Shown: positions 1 through 13,334 of the stretch, piece after piece
Layout: every line of letters starts with the position of its first letter
Numbering within the stretch: the stretch's first letter is position 1
DNA from: Octopus sinensis
Lineage: Eukaryota
DNA length: 64,000 nt
NCBI RefSeq assembly: GCF_006345805.1
Contig: NC_043003.1
Coordinates: forward strand, 77,810,001 to 77,874,000
Reading direction: 5' to 3'
Position numbers and translations under genes: made by a program
The notes under the pieces: generated by a model
Seen by the model: only the letters and a program-made list of their open reading frames with translations
Told to the model about the DNA's origin: nothing
Database searches by the model: none

Positions 1-368
1 CAGGGGACATTAGGAAAGAATAATCATGGTTTGCATGTGTATGAGTTCGTATGTGTGTGTGTGTGTGCGTGTGTGAGTGTGTGTGTGAATAATACATACA
101 TACATATATATATGTTTATGGCGGGAGAGTGTACGCATGCGTGGAGATATGTTGAGATCAGAATGCATGGTTAAACTAAAAATAATCCTAAAGAAGATTA
201 ACAGAAGAATAATGTGGATTATATCAAACAATTAAAGATTAATACTTCAAATGAAAAACATATTTTTCAGTTGAAGATTTTGTGAGAGCCATTTCTCTGA
301 ACAGCTTCAATAAGAATCTTATATTATTTATTTATTCCATTTGCTAATTTATTTGTTTATTCATATGC

Positions 369-399
<31 letters not shown>

Positions 400-1374
400 A
401 TTATTATTATTATTATTATTATTGCTGTTGTTGTTATTTTGCACAGAGAAATGTTCAATGGTTTTAAATCTTAGAGTTTTTTTTTTCTATTATGCATGAA
501 AAGTTGTCGTTATCATTAATATTATTGTGATCAGTGCTGAAAACCCGTACATTATTATCTTTTCTTTAAAAAAAAAATAATAATAAAGCAACATCACCAA
601 CAAGAACTGCAACATCCCCACCACCACCACCAACAACAACAACAACAGCAACAGCAACAACAGCAATAACAGCTATTCACTAAACGCACATGTGTGAATG
701 TGAGTCTGTAATAGAAGTGTATTGGGGCATATTCTGGCTATATTAAAAGAAATGTGCTCACAAATGTACAAATCTGATTTTTCCATTTCTGGTAAGGAAA
801 TGGGATTGTAGACTGAGTGAGATTAACAGATGAAATTCATTTCCTTAATGATAAAATGAATATTTGGTGTCATAAGACTGAATTTTTAAAGAATACAAAT
901 AAAATGTTAGCGCTACACTCGAGATTTTTAACAAGCATTTCGCGAGAAGAAAATTTTATTTTTTACATGATTTTTTTGCCGCTATTTTATTATTAATATA
1001 TAATATTGATGTATGTGTTTAAATGGTTGTTTGTTTTTGTCTTGAAATAATTTCTATAAAAGTTTCTGCGAACAATAATTAAAATTATTGTTATTTATAG
1101 GAGCGATGGTTTGTGTCAAAGTTCTTAGAACACCATGCAAAATGATTTCCGGTATTTAGCTACATAGCTTTACTTTGAATTTCGAACCACGATAAGGTCA
1201 ACTTTACCTTTCATCTTTCCGAGATACTTAATAAAGTATCAATCAATTTACCAGGATCGTTGTGATCCACAATACTTCCCCCGCATCGTTGCGTGGACTG
1301 ACGTTTATATAAGAATTAATATTGTTTCTACTTATTTCTCCTATGCACTAGTGCTTGTAAATAAGATCAATTGT

Positions 1375-1720
1375 TTGACCTACCAGGGATTACGTGAATG
1401 GCTGAAAATATGCCAAGCCGTTAGTACAACCACATTTTATCGCATCTTTTCGAAACGAAGAAAGACATCAACAACACTTTCAAATTATGTATGGAAATTT
1501 AAGTACAAAGAAATTAACAATTTTAGCATTTTCGGTGATGTAATGAATCGAATAAACCATATACTAGTGATTTTAAGAACTATACTTAAAGCAGCTGATC
1601 TCGAGTAGAGAGAGCATGTCACTGAAGAGGTCGCTAGAGGCGACGAAATAACTTTGGTAGATACAACTGAATGGTTAACTAACTGAATGATTTAAGTAAT
1701 CGACTACTTATTGGTTAGAT
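1375..1720 (+). mobile_element. Penelope-like element remnant: decayed GIY-YIG endonuclease 3' end followed by a hammerhead-like motif
   Basis: ORF 1351-1608 contains TYQG...KRRKTSTTLSNYVWKFKYKEINNFSI, resembling the PLE GIY-YIG C-terminal STxLSxYVWxLK motif; CTGAAGA-G-GTCGC-TAGAG-GCGAC-GAAA at 1622-1648. Confidence 0.55.
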
Positions 1721-1827
1721 AGCTAACCAATTGACAAATAATAATAAAGAAGTGAAAGTTAGCTAGTACGTGTGTTCATTATTAACGTAATGACCCTCCC
1801 GAGATACTACAGAAGAGGCGTGTGTTT

Positions 1828-1878
<51 letters not shown>

Positions 1879-2544
1879 TGAGCCTATGTCATTACTTAAA
1901 AGATAAAGAAAATAGTATGCAGATGCATTGACAGATATATCTGTTAATATGTGATTACAAGTATATATTGTTGATGCTGATATAAAGTTTTCGTGGCTAA
2001 TTTTCATAGGACGATGGAACCATAACACTGCACTAATTAATTGGATTTCATTTAAAATACAAAAATTCCTAGGCTTCATGCAAATTTATTGGTACATTGT
2101 TCTTGGCACTATGATTAATAGATATGAACGAGAATGATGTGTATGTATGTATGTACATACACTTGTATGAATGTGTGTATCTAACAATGTATGTGTGCAT
2201 TCATGTAAGTATTTATGTATATGTGTTTATAAATATGTATGAATGTTTGTATGTGTGTACATATGCACGTATGTATGCATGCATAAGTGGTTGGATTGAT
2301 AGGTCTGTATGCATTTATGAGTAATATATATTTGTGTGCATACATGTTTATGTATGTACGTATGTATGTATACGTGTATATTGATATCAATGTAGACACA
2401 GAGGGATATAAAAGGAGAAAAAAGAAAGGAAAGATAGAAGGTATATAGATAGATACACACACAGACACACACACACAAACACGACAGACTGACAGACAGA
2501 CAAACAAACAGACAGACATACAGATAGATACATTGATACATAGA

Positions 2545-2735
<191 letters not shown>

Positions 2736-3366
2736 AACTAAAATATTAATAGAAAACTGTAGCAGTCGTAGTAGTGTTAGACATCCACAATGTTGTTATT
2801 TGGTATATAATCAATGTTATTTGATTCAATTGTATACCATCCATTGAAAACTTGTAACCTAAGGAGGTCGTAGGTGCACAGCAATTGTATTACACTGATT
2901 TAAATGTATGTCATTACCTTCGTCATAAAAAAACGTATTGATCTTCTTCATCTTACTTTTTTGTATATGTTCCCACTATGTGTCAGCTATATCATTTGTG
3001 TGATACAAGTCTTATTTAAATTTTAGCAACTTGAAAGGCGAAAAACAAATAGGATGACCTTTCGTTTTATGCTGTTAAATTTTTTAAATAATCAAGTGTA
3101 TTATAAAAATGCCCATATAAATAAATATATATCATATCTAAATCATTAAATGCACAAAAATAATACTGAATGAAAATTCATACAAAGTATCATTTCCAGA
3201 ATGTATTAGAAGTTCTTTGCACAATACGCTAGTTCACGTTCATATTTTCCAAGTCATCTTCAGCTGTATTTCTGTGGTACTCCCATATGGAACAGTCAAT
3301 AAAAATTAATTCTATTGCTGAGAATTGCCTGATTGAATTTTAATTGATTATATGCTTCCATATAGA

Positions 3367-3590
3367 CACAGGCATGGTTAGATGGTAAGAAGTTTGTTTT
3401 CCATTTACATGGTTCCGGATTCAGTATCACCGTACAACACCATGGGCAAGTGTCATCTACTATAGCCCCAGGCTGACCAATGCCTTGTTAGTGGATTTGG
3501 TAGGCGGAAACTGGAAGAAGCCCATCGTATATCTGTGTGTACGTGTGTATCTGTGTCTGTGTGTTTGTGTATCTGTGTGTCTGTGTGTCA
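3367..3590 (+). mobile_element. tRNA-derived SINE family A (CORE-like), 5' half ending in its internal microsatellite
   Basis: GGCATGGTTAGATGGTAAGAAG...GGTTCCGGATTCAGT...GGGCAAGTGTCATCTACTATAGCC, matching full copies at 26594 and 32504. Confidence 0.8.
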
Positions 3591-3629
3591 AATCTATTCG
3601 AACCGATTTTGTTGCCTGTTACTGTAAAG

Positions 3630-6447
3630 GTAAGGTTCTCGACGGTGGCGGCACCGCCCCATGAGCGCGTCAAAGTGAGTGTTAGGATTTAAGGAGCAGT
3701 GACGGGGTGATGAGGCAATACAATTGACATATTACATTTTACCTATAGTAGTAATTATATTATACATGATAAAACTAGTAATGGTTATTAAAATGAGAGA
3801 TAAGTAAGTATATAAGATATATTTGAAGAAGAATAATTAACTTTTAATATGATCTTTCTGTCTTGAATAGCACTTTATAGGTACATGATCCTGCTTGTCT
3901 TCTTCGTATATTTTAATCTCCATTATATTCTGTTTAATGATAAAATTATATATAACTGCTGTGTGCGTTACTCCTTTAAAAATTTTGAAATGAGTGGAAA
4001 AGAAAGTGCTGTCAGTACTCGGATGAATATTTGAAATATGGATTTATTCCTTCTATAAATAATGAGCAATTGCTACTGTGTTTAATATGTGAAAAAACGT
4101 TCGTTTTCAAATGAAACAATGGAGCCTTCAAGAATGATTGAACATTTACAAAAATGCATCCAGATAAAGCCGGAAAGATTGGGACTACTTTCACCTAATG
4201 AAACCGGTTTTAAAAATCGTTTTACTTTCAAGGGTTGTTTACTAAACTAACAAAGTAGAGAAGAGTTTGTTATTTCTTATAAACTTTTAAAATTAATTGT
4301 GAAATGTGGAAAACCACATAGTATTGGCGAAACTCTTCTCTTACCAACAGTAAATGAAGTTTTGGATACTATAACCTGCCCAAGTAAAAGCTTTATAACA
4401 GCATCAATTCTTCTCAGTAATAATAGTAGAGATGCGGAAAAAATATGACATAGTGAAAGGTGTGGAAAGTAAACTATGTGATGCTTTAGAAAACGAAGAA
4501 TTTTCTTTACAACTTGATGAGTCAACATTATGCGACAATCTATCTTTGCTAATGTTAATTTATCTTTGCTAATATTAATAATGTCCGTTATGTGCATTCA
4601 TATCAGGAAATTATCGAAAAGTTTCTGTTTGTTGAAAAAATTGTACTTGACACAAATGGTTCTACAATTTTTAAGGTTGTTAAAGTTTTTAAGTGCTAAG
4701 AATATCCTTCTCACAAATATTATTGTAAGTGCATCAGTTAGAGCACCAACTATGATATTCTGTTAATGTGGATTTATAGCACATTTAAAGGAAGCAGTTC
4801 CACATTTATTTGCAATTCATTGAGTTATTCACCAAGAACACTTGGCTGCAAAACATCCTAGTGGTTGACTACATAATGCATTGAATGGTGTAATTAAACC
4901 AGTAAATAAAATCAAGATTCATTCACTGACTGACCATATCTTTCGGAAGCTTTCTCACGAAAAAGAAGAAGAAGTTAAGTATATGTTGCCTCGTATTTAG
5001 GCGTGATGGCTCTCAAATGGAAATTGTTTAAAGCGTTTTTATGATCTCTGTGATACTGTTTTAGAATTTCTTAATTCATGTGATGAGGACATGTATAATA
5101 AACTAAGCAACGAAAGACCTGACATTGCATGTCTTTCTGATATTTTCACTAAATTAAATACGGTTAACGTTAAGTTCCAAGAAATAATATGAATTTAATT
5201 AAAGCAAAGGGAATTATAAATGCGTTTATAAGCAAATAATCATTCAATAAAGAGAGATTATCGAGGAGAGAGTTTTTTTTTACAGTTTCCAAGCCTTCAC
5301 AAAATAGAAAACAATGACAGCAATTTAATATTAGATACGGATATACATTGCAATTGTTCTCATCAGCAAGCACTGAAAGACCTAACGATAAGGTTTAAAG
5401 ATTTTACTGATCTTATGATACCTGAGTCATAAATCCATTTTTTTTTTCTTATGCTTCTTCTGCTCGACCAAATTTATATGAAAAAATTATCGACTTCATT
5501 TCGAAGCTCAAGTATATTTTCAACAGCTTGGTTATGATTCATTCCGAACCAAGAAGCAAAACAAGTATCCTCAACTTTGACAAGTAATTAAATTACTGTT
5601 ACTTTTCCGTCCTCATATTTAATAGAGAAAGGATTCCGTACGGTATTGCAATTACTGACTAAACAATGAAATATTGGTTTGTCCGGAAAGTTCGTGCCGA
5701 TTTTTAAAGGAAAGAAAAAGGTCAATAAATACTTGCCATTACATTTTTAATCAACCAAATATGAACTATTTTGTTGCACAATGCGTCTCCATCTCTCATT
5801 TAACTTGAAAATACCCTCTTCCCAGAGTTGAGCGGGTTTCCTGGCAAAGAATTCATCAAGGTATCTTTTTACGTCATCCAAGGAATTGAAATTTTTACCA
5901 TTAAGACTATTCTGCAGAGATTTGAATAAGTGGAAATCCGAAGGAGCAATATCTGGTGAATATGGAGAGTTATAAGAACATAAACCTTCTTCCACGAAAA
6001 GATAGCTTAAACTGTGCTCTAAATGGAGGTGTAGTAAAATCCTATTTTATGGACTCAACCATGTTCTAAAATAAGTCGAAAGGTAAGCTACTATAAATCG
6101 GCACGAACTTTCCAGACAACCCAATATATTTGTATTAAATCAAAGAGAAGACTTACGAATTCTTCTGACTGATATTGAACCTGATAAATTTTAGCTAGAT
6201 CTCATCAGGCACAGAGAAGTCATTAACTTGCAATGTATAAAATAAATTTACAACTTTTGTTTTTATTAATTTTTTTATCCTTTCACTATCAAAAGCACAT
6301 ATAATTCATTTTTTTAGTAAAGTTTATAAATCATTTTCCGTGCTGATTTAGTTCGGTCGTGATACCTCAATCGGCATTTAGGTGGCGGCTAGGCATAACA
6401 ACTACTCAAAAGGTGAGCGCTACAAAAATAAAGGCCAAAGACCACTG
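3630..6447 (+). mobile_element. Decayed hAT (Buster/Charlie-type) DNA transposon with transposase pseudogene, interrupted by a mariner MITE
   Basis: Broken frames give QYSDEYLKYGFIP...CLICEK...SNETMEPSR (BED finger), FSLQLDEST, AIHxVIHQEHL, WLSNGNCLKRF and C-terminal SYLIEKGF...DLRILLTDIEP...SHQAQRSH*; 3' end AAGACCACTG at 6447 followed by CTCTAGAG (nnnTAnnn); degenerate 5' TIR at 3630 preceded by CTGTAAAG (6/8 match). Confidence 0.8.
5674..6124 (-). mobile_element. Internally deleted mariner (MITE-like) retaining the transposase C-terminus
   Basis: 30-bp TIRs TTGG(T/G)TTGTC(C/T)GGAAAGTTCGTGCCGATTT, TA on both sides; ORF 5747-5995 has PYSPDIAPSDFHLF. Confidence 0.92.
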
Positions 6448-6544
6448 CTCTAGAGTTTCGCCATAAATCTTTTCGTTGACAGTACAAATATATTATTTTA
6501 CTCTACCATGGCATAAAGCATTTTTCTCCTGTTCGCTAACGCCA

Positions 6545-6750
<206 letters not shown>

Positions 6751-6835
6751 AAATAAGGATTCAGGTAGAATCAGGTACTTGAAAAGATATGCACCAGGTA
6801 GGTTACCCATTGTCTGTTATTATTCATTTGATTTC

Positions 6836-8954
6836 CTCCAGAGAGAGGAAAATTCTAATGAGACGGCGTACAAAAGTTTCAAATCGCCTAAACAAACAAA
6901 TTGAAAGCAGTGAAAAGCCCCGCCTGAAAATAAAACTGTTGGAAATTGAAAAATGTCTGCAACTCTCCCATGAAAAAGAAAGAGCAGACAAAGAAGCCTG
7001 GGCTATAGACAACATAAAATCTAACCCCAGAGCTTTCTACAGGTATGCCAAATAAACAGCTACGGTGCACTGTAGGATAGGGCCACTCCTTGAAAAGGAT
7101 GGCACACTTACAGGAAATCCAATGAGGGTAAGTGAAATACTAAGTGAGCAATTCAAGAGTATTTTCACGCCACCCCTAGGGCATTTTCAAGTCAGCAATC
7201 CAACTGACTTCTTTACCACTGCAGATATAAAATCGGGGGTAGCAATGATTGATTACATCAGTATGAAGGAAGACGATGTAATAAAGGCTATTGATGAAAT
7301 GAAAACAAACTCAGCTACTGGCCCAGATGGATTCCCAGCAATCCTTCTAAAAGTATGTAAGAGAGTCCTAGCAAGACCACTGCAGTTCCTCTTTCAGAGC
7401 TTCCTTGCAACTGGCAAACTTCCAAGAAAACTGAAGGAAGGTAAAATATGCCCTATTCATAAAGGAGGTAGCAGAGCGGAGGCCAAGAACTACAGACCTA
7501 TCTCTCTAACCTCACACATCAGCAAGGTCATGGAACGAATAGTCAGAAGGAAACTAATCACCTTCCTTGAAGAAAATGACTTGCTGCCTGACACTCAACA
7601 TGGTTTCCGACCAGGAACAAGCTGCTTAACTCAGCTCCTACAACACTATGACTGGGTGCTGAAACGACTGCTCAACCACTCAAATGTGGAAGTCATATAT
7701 CTCGACTTTGCAAAGGCCTTTGATAAAGTCGATCATGGAATGCTATGTCACAAACTGCGTGATCTTGGCATAGTTGGAAAACTGGGAGAGTGGCTTCATG
7801 ACTTTCTGAAGGATAGAAGTCAGGTAGTAGTAGCCAATGGGGCCACTTCCACTAACACGCAAATAGTGAGCGGTGTTCCGCAGAGCAATGTTTTGGGATC
7901 ACTACTGTTCATAATGGCCCTCTCAGACATGCCCTCAGCCACGCAGAGAGCCACGATCACAAGTTATGCAGATGATACAAAAGTTTCACAGGCAATACAG
8001 AACCCTGAAAACACTAAGCACCTGCAATGTGAGCTGGACAAAATATACAAGTGGGCTGAAAAGAATAGCATGCAGTTCAATGCTGAAAAGTTTCAAGCTC
8101 TATGCTATCAGCACGCAAAACTAAATGCAATACCCAATAAATACACTGGACCTGGAGGGACTGCAATCCCAGAGGCACAATCAGTGCGAGACCTGGGTAT
8201 TTACATGAGTGATGATGCAACCTTTCATGTGCATGTTGCTAAATTGGCAATGAAATGTAGGCGGCTGACCTGATGGATTCTTAGAACCTTCAGAACAAGA
8301 GACCAGGAAACCATGATGGTCCTCTGGAGGACACTTGTCCTAAGCCACTTTGACTATTGCTCTCAGCTATGGTCACCATCCAGTGTCAAGTTAATCACAG
8401 AACTTGAGGCGATCCAACGAATCTACACGAAGAAGATAGCCTCTGTGCAGCATATAAGCTATTGGAAAAGACTCAAGAGATTGAGACTCTATTCCTTAGA
8501 GCGTAGGCGAGAGAGATATGCCATAATATACATCTGGAAGATCCTAGAAGGACTTGTCCCAAACTTTGGCATCGAGAGTTACACAAATGCCAGAACTGGG
8601 CGCCACTGCATGGTGCCAAGGACTCCAAATTTGCCATCAAGATGTAGGACAAGATACTGTGATAGCCTGGGCTTCCGAGGCCCACAGCTCTTCAATATCC
8701 TCCCGAAGAACCTAAGAGACCTGCATGGGGTGGATGCAGATGTTTTTAAAATGAAACTGGATCTCTTCTTGTCAGGTATCCCAGATGAACCAACTTCACG
8801 GCAGGAGGTGCAGATGAGGGCAGCTGCATCGAACTCTCTCATGCACCAAATGGCAATTGCTAAAAAGCATTCGTGAAGTAAAATCATGTAGCAACACCAA
8901 ATGGCGGTGCCCCAGCATGGCCACAGCTCGTGAGCTGAAACTAGATAAATAAAT

Positions 8955-8958
<4 letters not shown>
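6836..8958 (+). mobile_element. 5'-truncated CR1-group non-LTR retrotransposon; RT ORF2 pseudogene with 3' UTR and (TAAA)n tail
   Basis: ORFs 6789-7055, 7065-8273 and 8313-8876 share one frame, separated by TAA (7053) and TGA (8271); motifs GPDG, NYRPISLTS, QHGFR, YLDFAKAFDKVDH, GVPQ, YADD, DLGI; homology to the 54.27-kb copy starts near 6836. Confidence 0.93.
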
Positions 8959-9168
<210 letters not shown>

Positions 9169-10465
9169 CAGTAAAAACAATTAAGATTCAAGTGAGTTCC
9201 AATGAATTCACATGAATGCGGTACTTAACTTAGATGCACCAGAAATCTATATGGTATTAACCATAAAATAATGTGGGGTGATTATAAACAAGAAAAAAGC
9301 AACAAGAATGGATTAGTTGTTCAGTACAATTGTTTCATACGAAGAACAGCTTTACTAAAAGCTGCAAATATTACAGCAAATACAAGTGTCCCGTTTTCAT
9401 CAGTCAAAACACATAAGAGTTTTCCAAACATCCTAGGGGGTGAGGCTACACTCATGAAGTATCGAAGAGAGTTCTATGAAAAGCAAAGTTACATTGTAAG
9501 CAGACTTCAAAAGTTCCCTAATGATGCACAGTTTTATAAAAGGTTTTTAAAAAAGTTTTTAAAAAAAAGTTTGTTAGCTTCACAGAAAAGTAAATCCATC
9601 CATAATAATGCAGGTGTAATTTCCGGAGATATGAGGAGATATTTCATACTCAGAGAAGAGGAATGTATCCATAATAATGTAGATGTAATTTCCTGATATA
9701 TGAGAAGATGTTGATCACACTTCTATTCGTTTCGCAAAACTACTATGTTGGAAGAAGAGATTGACTATATTGGCTACAAGAAGTCGCAAAAGAAGTCAGT
9801 GAAGCAGAAACCGCCCAAATAAGGACATTATGAGACATTATGGGAGGAAGGGATGTAAGTACACAACCTACAAAGTTTAGTTTATTTCTGTGGTGACAGA
9901 AAATCTAGGTCAGTGTTGCAGGAATCTGAGATTTATAATTTATGAAAGAGAACATTACTTTTGACCATCATACAGCTATTAACTGCCACTCCTATAGAGT
10001 TAAAGGCAGGTATAAGAATATAAAGAGAACAAAAGAAAGTATCAAAGGGGTCAAAGGTTATCAGTAGAGGAAAATACATTAAGAGATTTAAGTGCAACAC
10101 TAGAACAGGGGGTTATTTATTTATTTATTTATTATTGTTTCTATTTATACAAATGTTTATACATTGTAAGACAGACTTTAGGTCTATACCTAGAGGTCAA
10201 TTAATTTCTATAGTAAAAGGTGTGAGAGTATTGTTTATTCAAAATATAGTGAAAATCATTGTGAAAATTCTTTATATTATTATTAAGGGAGTAGCATTAC
10301 TTATTAAACTTAGAATAGAATTAGGAAGTATTAGCAAAGTATTTGCTAGTTTAATAAGTAATGCTACTCCCTTAATAATAATATAAAGAATTTTTCGTCT
10401 TTCTTTACGATCCTGGAATCAAAATGACAGAATGGATTAATTAGTAAGCACGGACATGATGAATC

Positions 10466-10519
<54 letters not shown>

Positions 10520-10559
10520 CATCATCATCATAATCATCATCATCATCATCATCATTTTT

Positions 10560-11035
10560 TAAATTTACGTTTAATCTACATCTTTGCTACAATCACTTGT
10601 CGAGACACACCCAGCGTCCTAGGGCGAGTGAAGGATAAGAGATATTACAGTATGGCTGAAAGCTTGGGGAGAGGAAGTTGCAGGGGCAGTAACGAAATGT
10701 TTTCATGTAATACAACACATTTTAAATTGATGGGGCTTTTCTAAGGATGTGGATAGTACATGTCAGCACAAACTTTTGAATTTCTCTGAGACATGGTTCT
10801 CCTGGGTTGTTGTCTAGATGTTTCTAACATCCCTTTTTTTATCTTACCTTGTGTACCTACAATAACAGGAACAGTTCTCGCTTTAAGATGCCACATCTTT
10901 TGTATTTCAATTTGTCAAATTCCTTTACAGATATATTTTTATCAGTGGGAACAGTTACATATATTATTCTACAAGTATTTTCTTCTCCGTCTTTAATGAC
11001 TATGTCTGGTCGATTAGCCGGCATCGTATTATTAT
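10560..11035 (-). mobile_element. R4/Dong-clade (restriction-like endonuclease) LINE 3' fragment with (ATG)n/(ATA)n tail at 10465-10555
   Basis: RPDIVIKDGEENTCRIIYVTVPTDKNISVKEFDKLKY and PGEPCLREIQKFVLTCTIHILRK in minus frames. Confidence 0.8.
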
Positions 11036-11047
11036 TACTATTATTAC

Positions 11048-11492
11048 TGAGTGAGAGAGCAGTGCATGCCATCAAAGTGACACTGGGGTAAAATATACGA
11101 AGCCCAGATAAGGGTACACTGGGCACATTGCATCACAACCATATGTGCGTGACATGATAATCTCATATCAAAATAAACAGCACATGACCTTGCAAGTGGG
11201 GCTCAGTTAGAATTTTCTTCTGGTCGAGTAACCCATCCTGCTCAAAAGGTCCCTGAATAAGAGTTGTTTAACGATGTTGAACGAAACACCCATGTTTCCA
11301 GAGGAGAATTATTCAAACCCCAAAGGATCCGTCTCAACACATGGCTATGATACCCCACACCACTACTTCTGCTCGTGGTCAGAGATGCACATATCAGCCA
11401 CCAGGAGACATGCTCAACTGGTTACGGTCAAGTAACTGACAAGCAAATCTGTGGTATAGAGCAGAATATTTGCTGTAGCCCATCTTTTATAC

Positions 11493-11493
<1 letters not shown>
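11048..11493 (-). mobile_element. Unclassified non-coding interspersed element X, 5'-truncated, between TAA tracts
   Basis: Clear homology to 58657-59198; both sides abut TAA-type repeats. Confidence 0.7.
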
Positions 11494-11547
<54 letters not shown>

Positions 11548-11614
11548 GCTCTTGTTGTTGTTGTAGTTGTTATTATTATCATTATCCTTATTATTACTAT
11601 CATTATTATTTTCC

Positions 11615-12150
11615 GATTGATTTGTATTTTATTTCATCTTCCCACTGGGTCTAAACCAGAGACCTAAGGCACTTTATATTAGATGGAAAGATACTTCTTG
11701 AGAATGTGGGCGGTTGATGTCATCACAATATTTAAATCTCATAAATTGTCTGTTTTCCAGGCATCTTGTCAAAACATTTGTCACTACCTTTCTTGATAAT
11801 TCCCAGGGCACCTACAACAACAGGGATGGTTTTGGTTTTTAATTGCCACGTCCTAGATATCTCAATCTCAAGGTTCTTATATTTAGACAATTTTTCAAAT
11901 TCCTTTGCTGAGATCTTTCTATCAGTAGGCTCTGTCATATCACTTAACAGGCATTTTTTTTTGTCTTAGGCCTTTAATGACGGTGATGTCTGGTCTCTTA
12001 ACATTAATTTGCCTGCCTGTATGTATCCCATAATCTCATTGGGTGGTAACATTCTCTCCATCAGTGACTGGCTCTGGATGGTGTCCATACTAGTTCTTAG
12101 GGCGCAGGATATCATAGTGATGACATATGCTCCAGGTGATCACGAGCAAT
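11615..12150 (-). mobile_element. R4/Dong-clade LINE 3' fragment with (TAA)n tail
   Basis: ORF 11732-11938 has EKLSKYKNLEIEISRTWQLKTKTIPVVVGALG; tail 11494-11610. Confidence 0.8.
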
Positions 12151-12262
12151 CACAAAAGCACCTACAGTAATTAACCTTCCCGCATTTTACGCAGTGGAAC
12201 ATCGCGAATGTAATAGGAGAAAGTTACACCATCGATTCCCAGTACTTGACTGGCATTTTGTA

Positions 12263-13334
12263 TTAGGTTGTCCGGAAAGTTCTGAGTGGTTTTTCATATG
12301 CCAGAAAGGATATAAATAATTGACCTATCAATAAATTTTATTCAATGAACTAATTTCCATTATTATTAATGATCTTCGCACATCTATCGAGCAATTTAAA
12401 TATTCCATCAGCATAAAATTTGACTGGTTTTGAAGAAAAAAGTTATCTAGATGCATTTTGACTGTATCTAAATCGTTAAATGTTTTGCCTTGCAATGAGT
12501 TCTGTTGACAAAAAAGACAAGTAGTAGTCGGATGGTGCAAAACCAGGAGAATATAATGGATGGATGAGGTAAAGGCTCTCAACCAAATTCATGTAACTTC
12601 TTTGATTTTTTTTAGTTAAGATTAGTCAACTGACGACAATACACATCAGAATTAATGGTCCGGTTTTGTGAGAGAAATTCATAATAAATAAAGCCTTTAT
12701 GATCCCACCAAATACAAAAGAATAGCTCTTTTTGATTGGTGGTTTGGGGAATCCTTACTCAAACTCCGAGGACTTTTTCGCCCTACTTTCTCGTACACAG
12801 TCCATTTTTCATCTCCAGTCACAAGTTGTTTCAATAAAGCTATGCTTCCATTCCATTTCAAAAGCATATCACAAACGGAATACTGGTCCAAACAATTCTT
12901 TTCTGAGAGTTTGTGAGGAACCTATACATTATGGCGAGAAATGTATCCTTTTTTTACTAGGTGTTCATGAGCCGTACTTTTAGAAACTTCCATCTCCTCC
13001 GCAGGTTCTCTAGTCGTGATAATTGAGTTTTCTTTGATTTTTGCCTTCAAAACATCTTCATCCAATTTTGAAGATCTTCCACTGCGACTGTCATCTTCCA
13101 AGCTAAAATCTGCAGCTTTAAATTTTGCAAACCACCTTCAAACTATTGACTCACCTAAAGTTAATAAAGGGTAACCGGAATGTAAGATAAATCTATTTTT
13201 AATCAGGAACAAAGAAGATATGCACTATGACTTCAAGCAATGCCAAAGTTTTAACTATGCTACGCTTCGGGTGTATTCAATGAAGCGTTTAAAGATTTAG
13301 CTTAAAAACGCTCAGAACTTTCCAGACAACCTAA
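12263..13334 (-). mobile_element. Decayed mariner transposon inserted into a family B SINE
   Basis: TIRs TTAGGTTGTC(C/T)GGAAAGTTCTGAG, TA duplication both sides; LVTGDEKW motif; SINE halves at ~12200-12260 and ~13337-13400. Confidence 0.88.

Noticed and set aside
3240-3268. CTGAAGA...GAAA on the minus strand
   Set aside because: No stem I or stem II pairing
9271-9696. 141-aa ORF containing a 69-bp-period internal repeat
   Set aside because: No recognisable domain or splice context; may be a very old LINE remnant but cannot be supported
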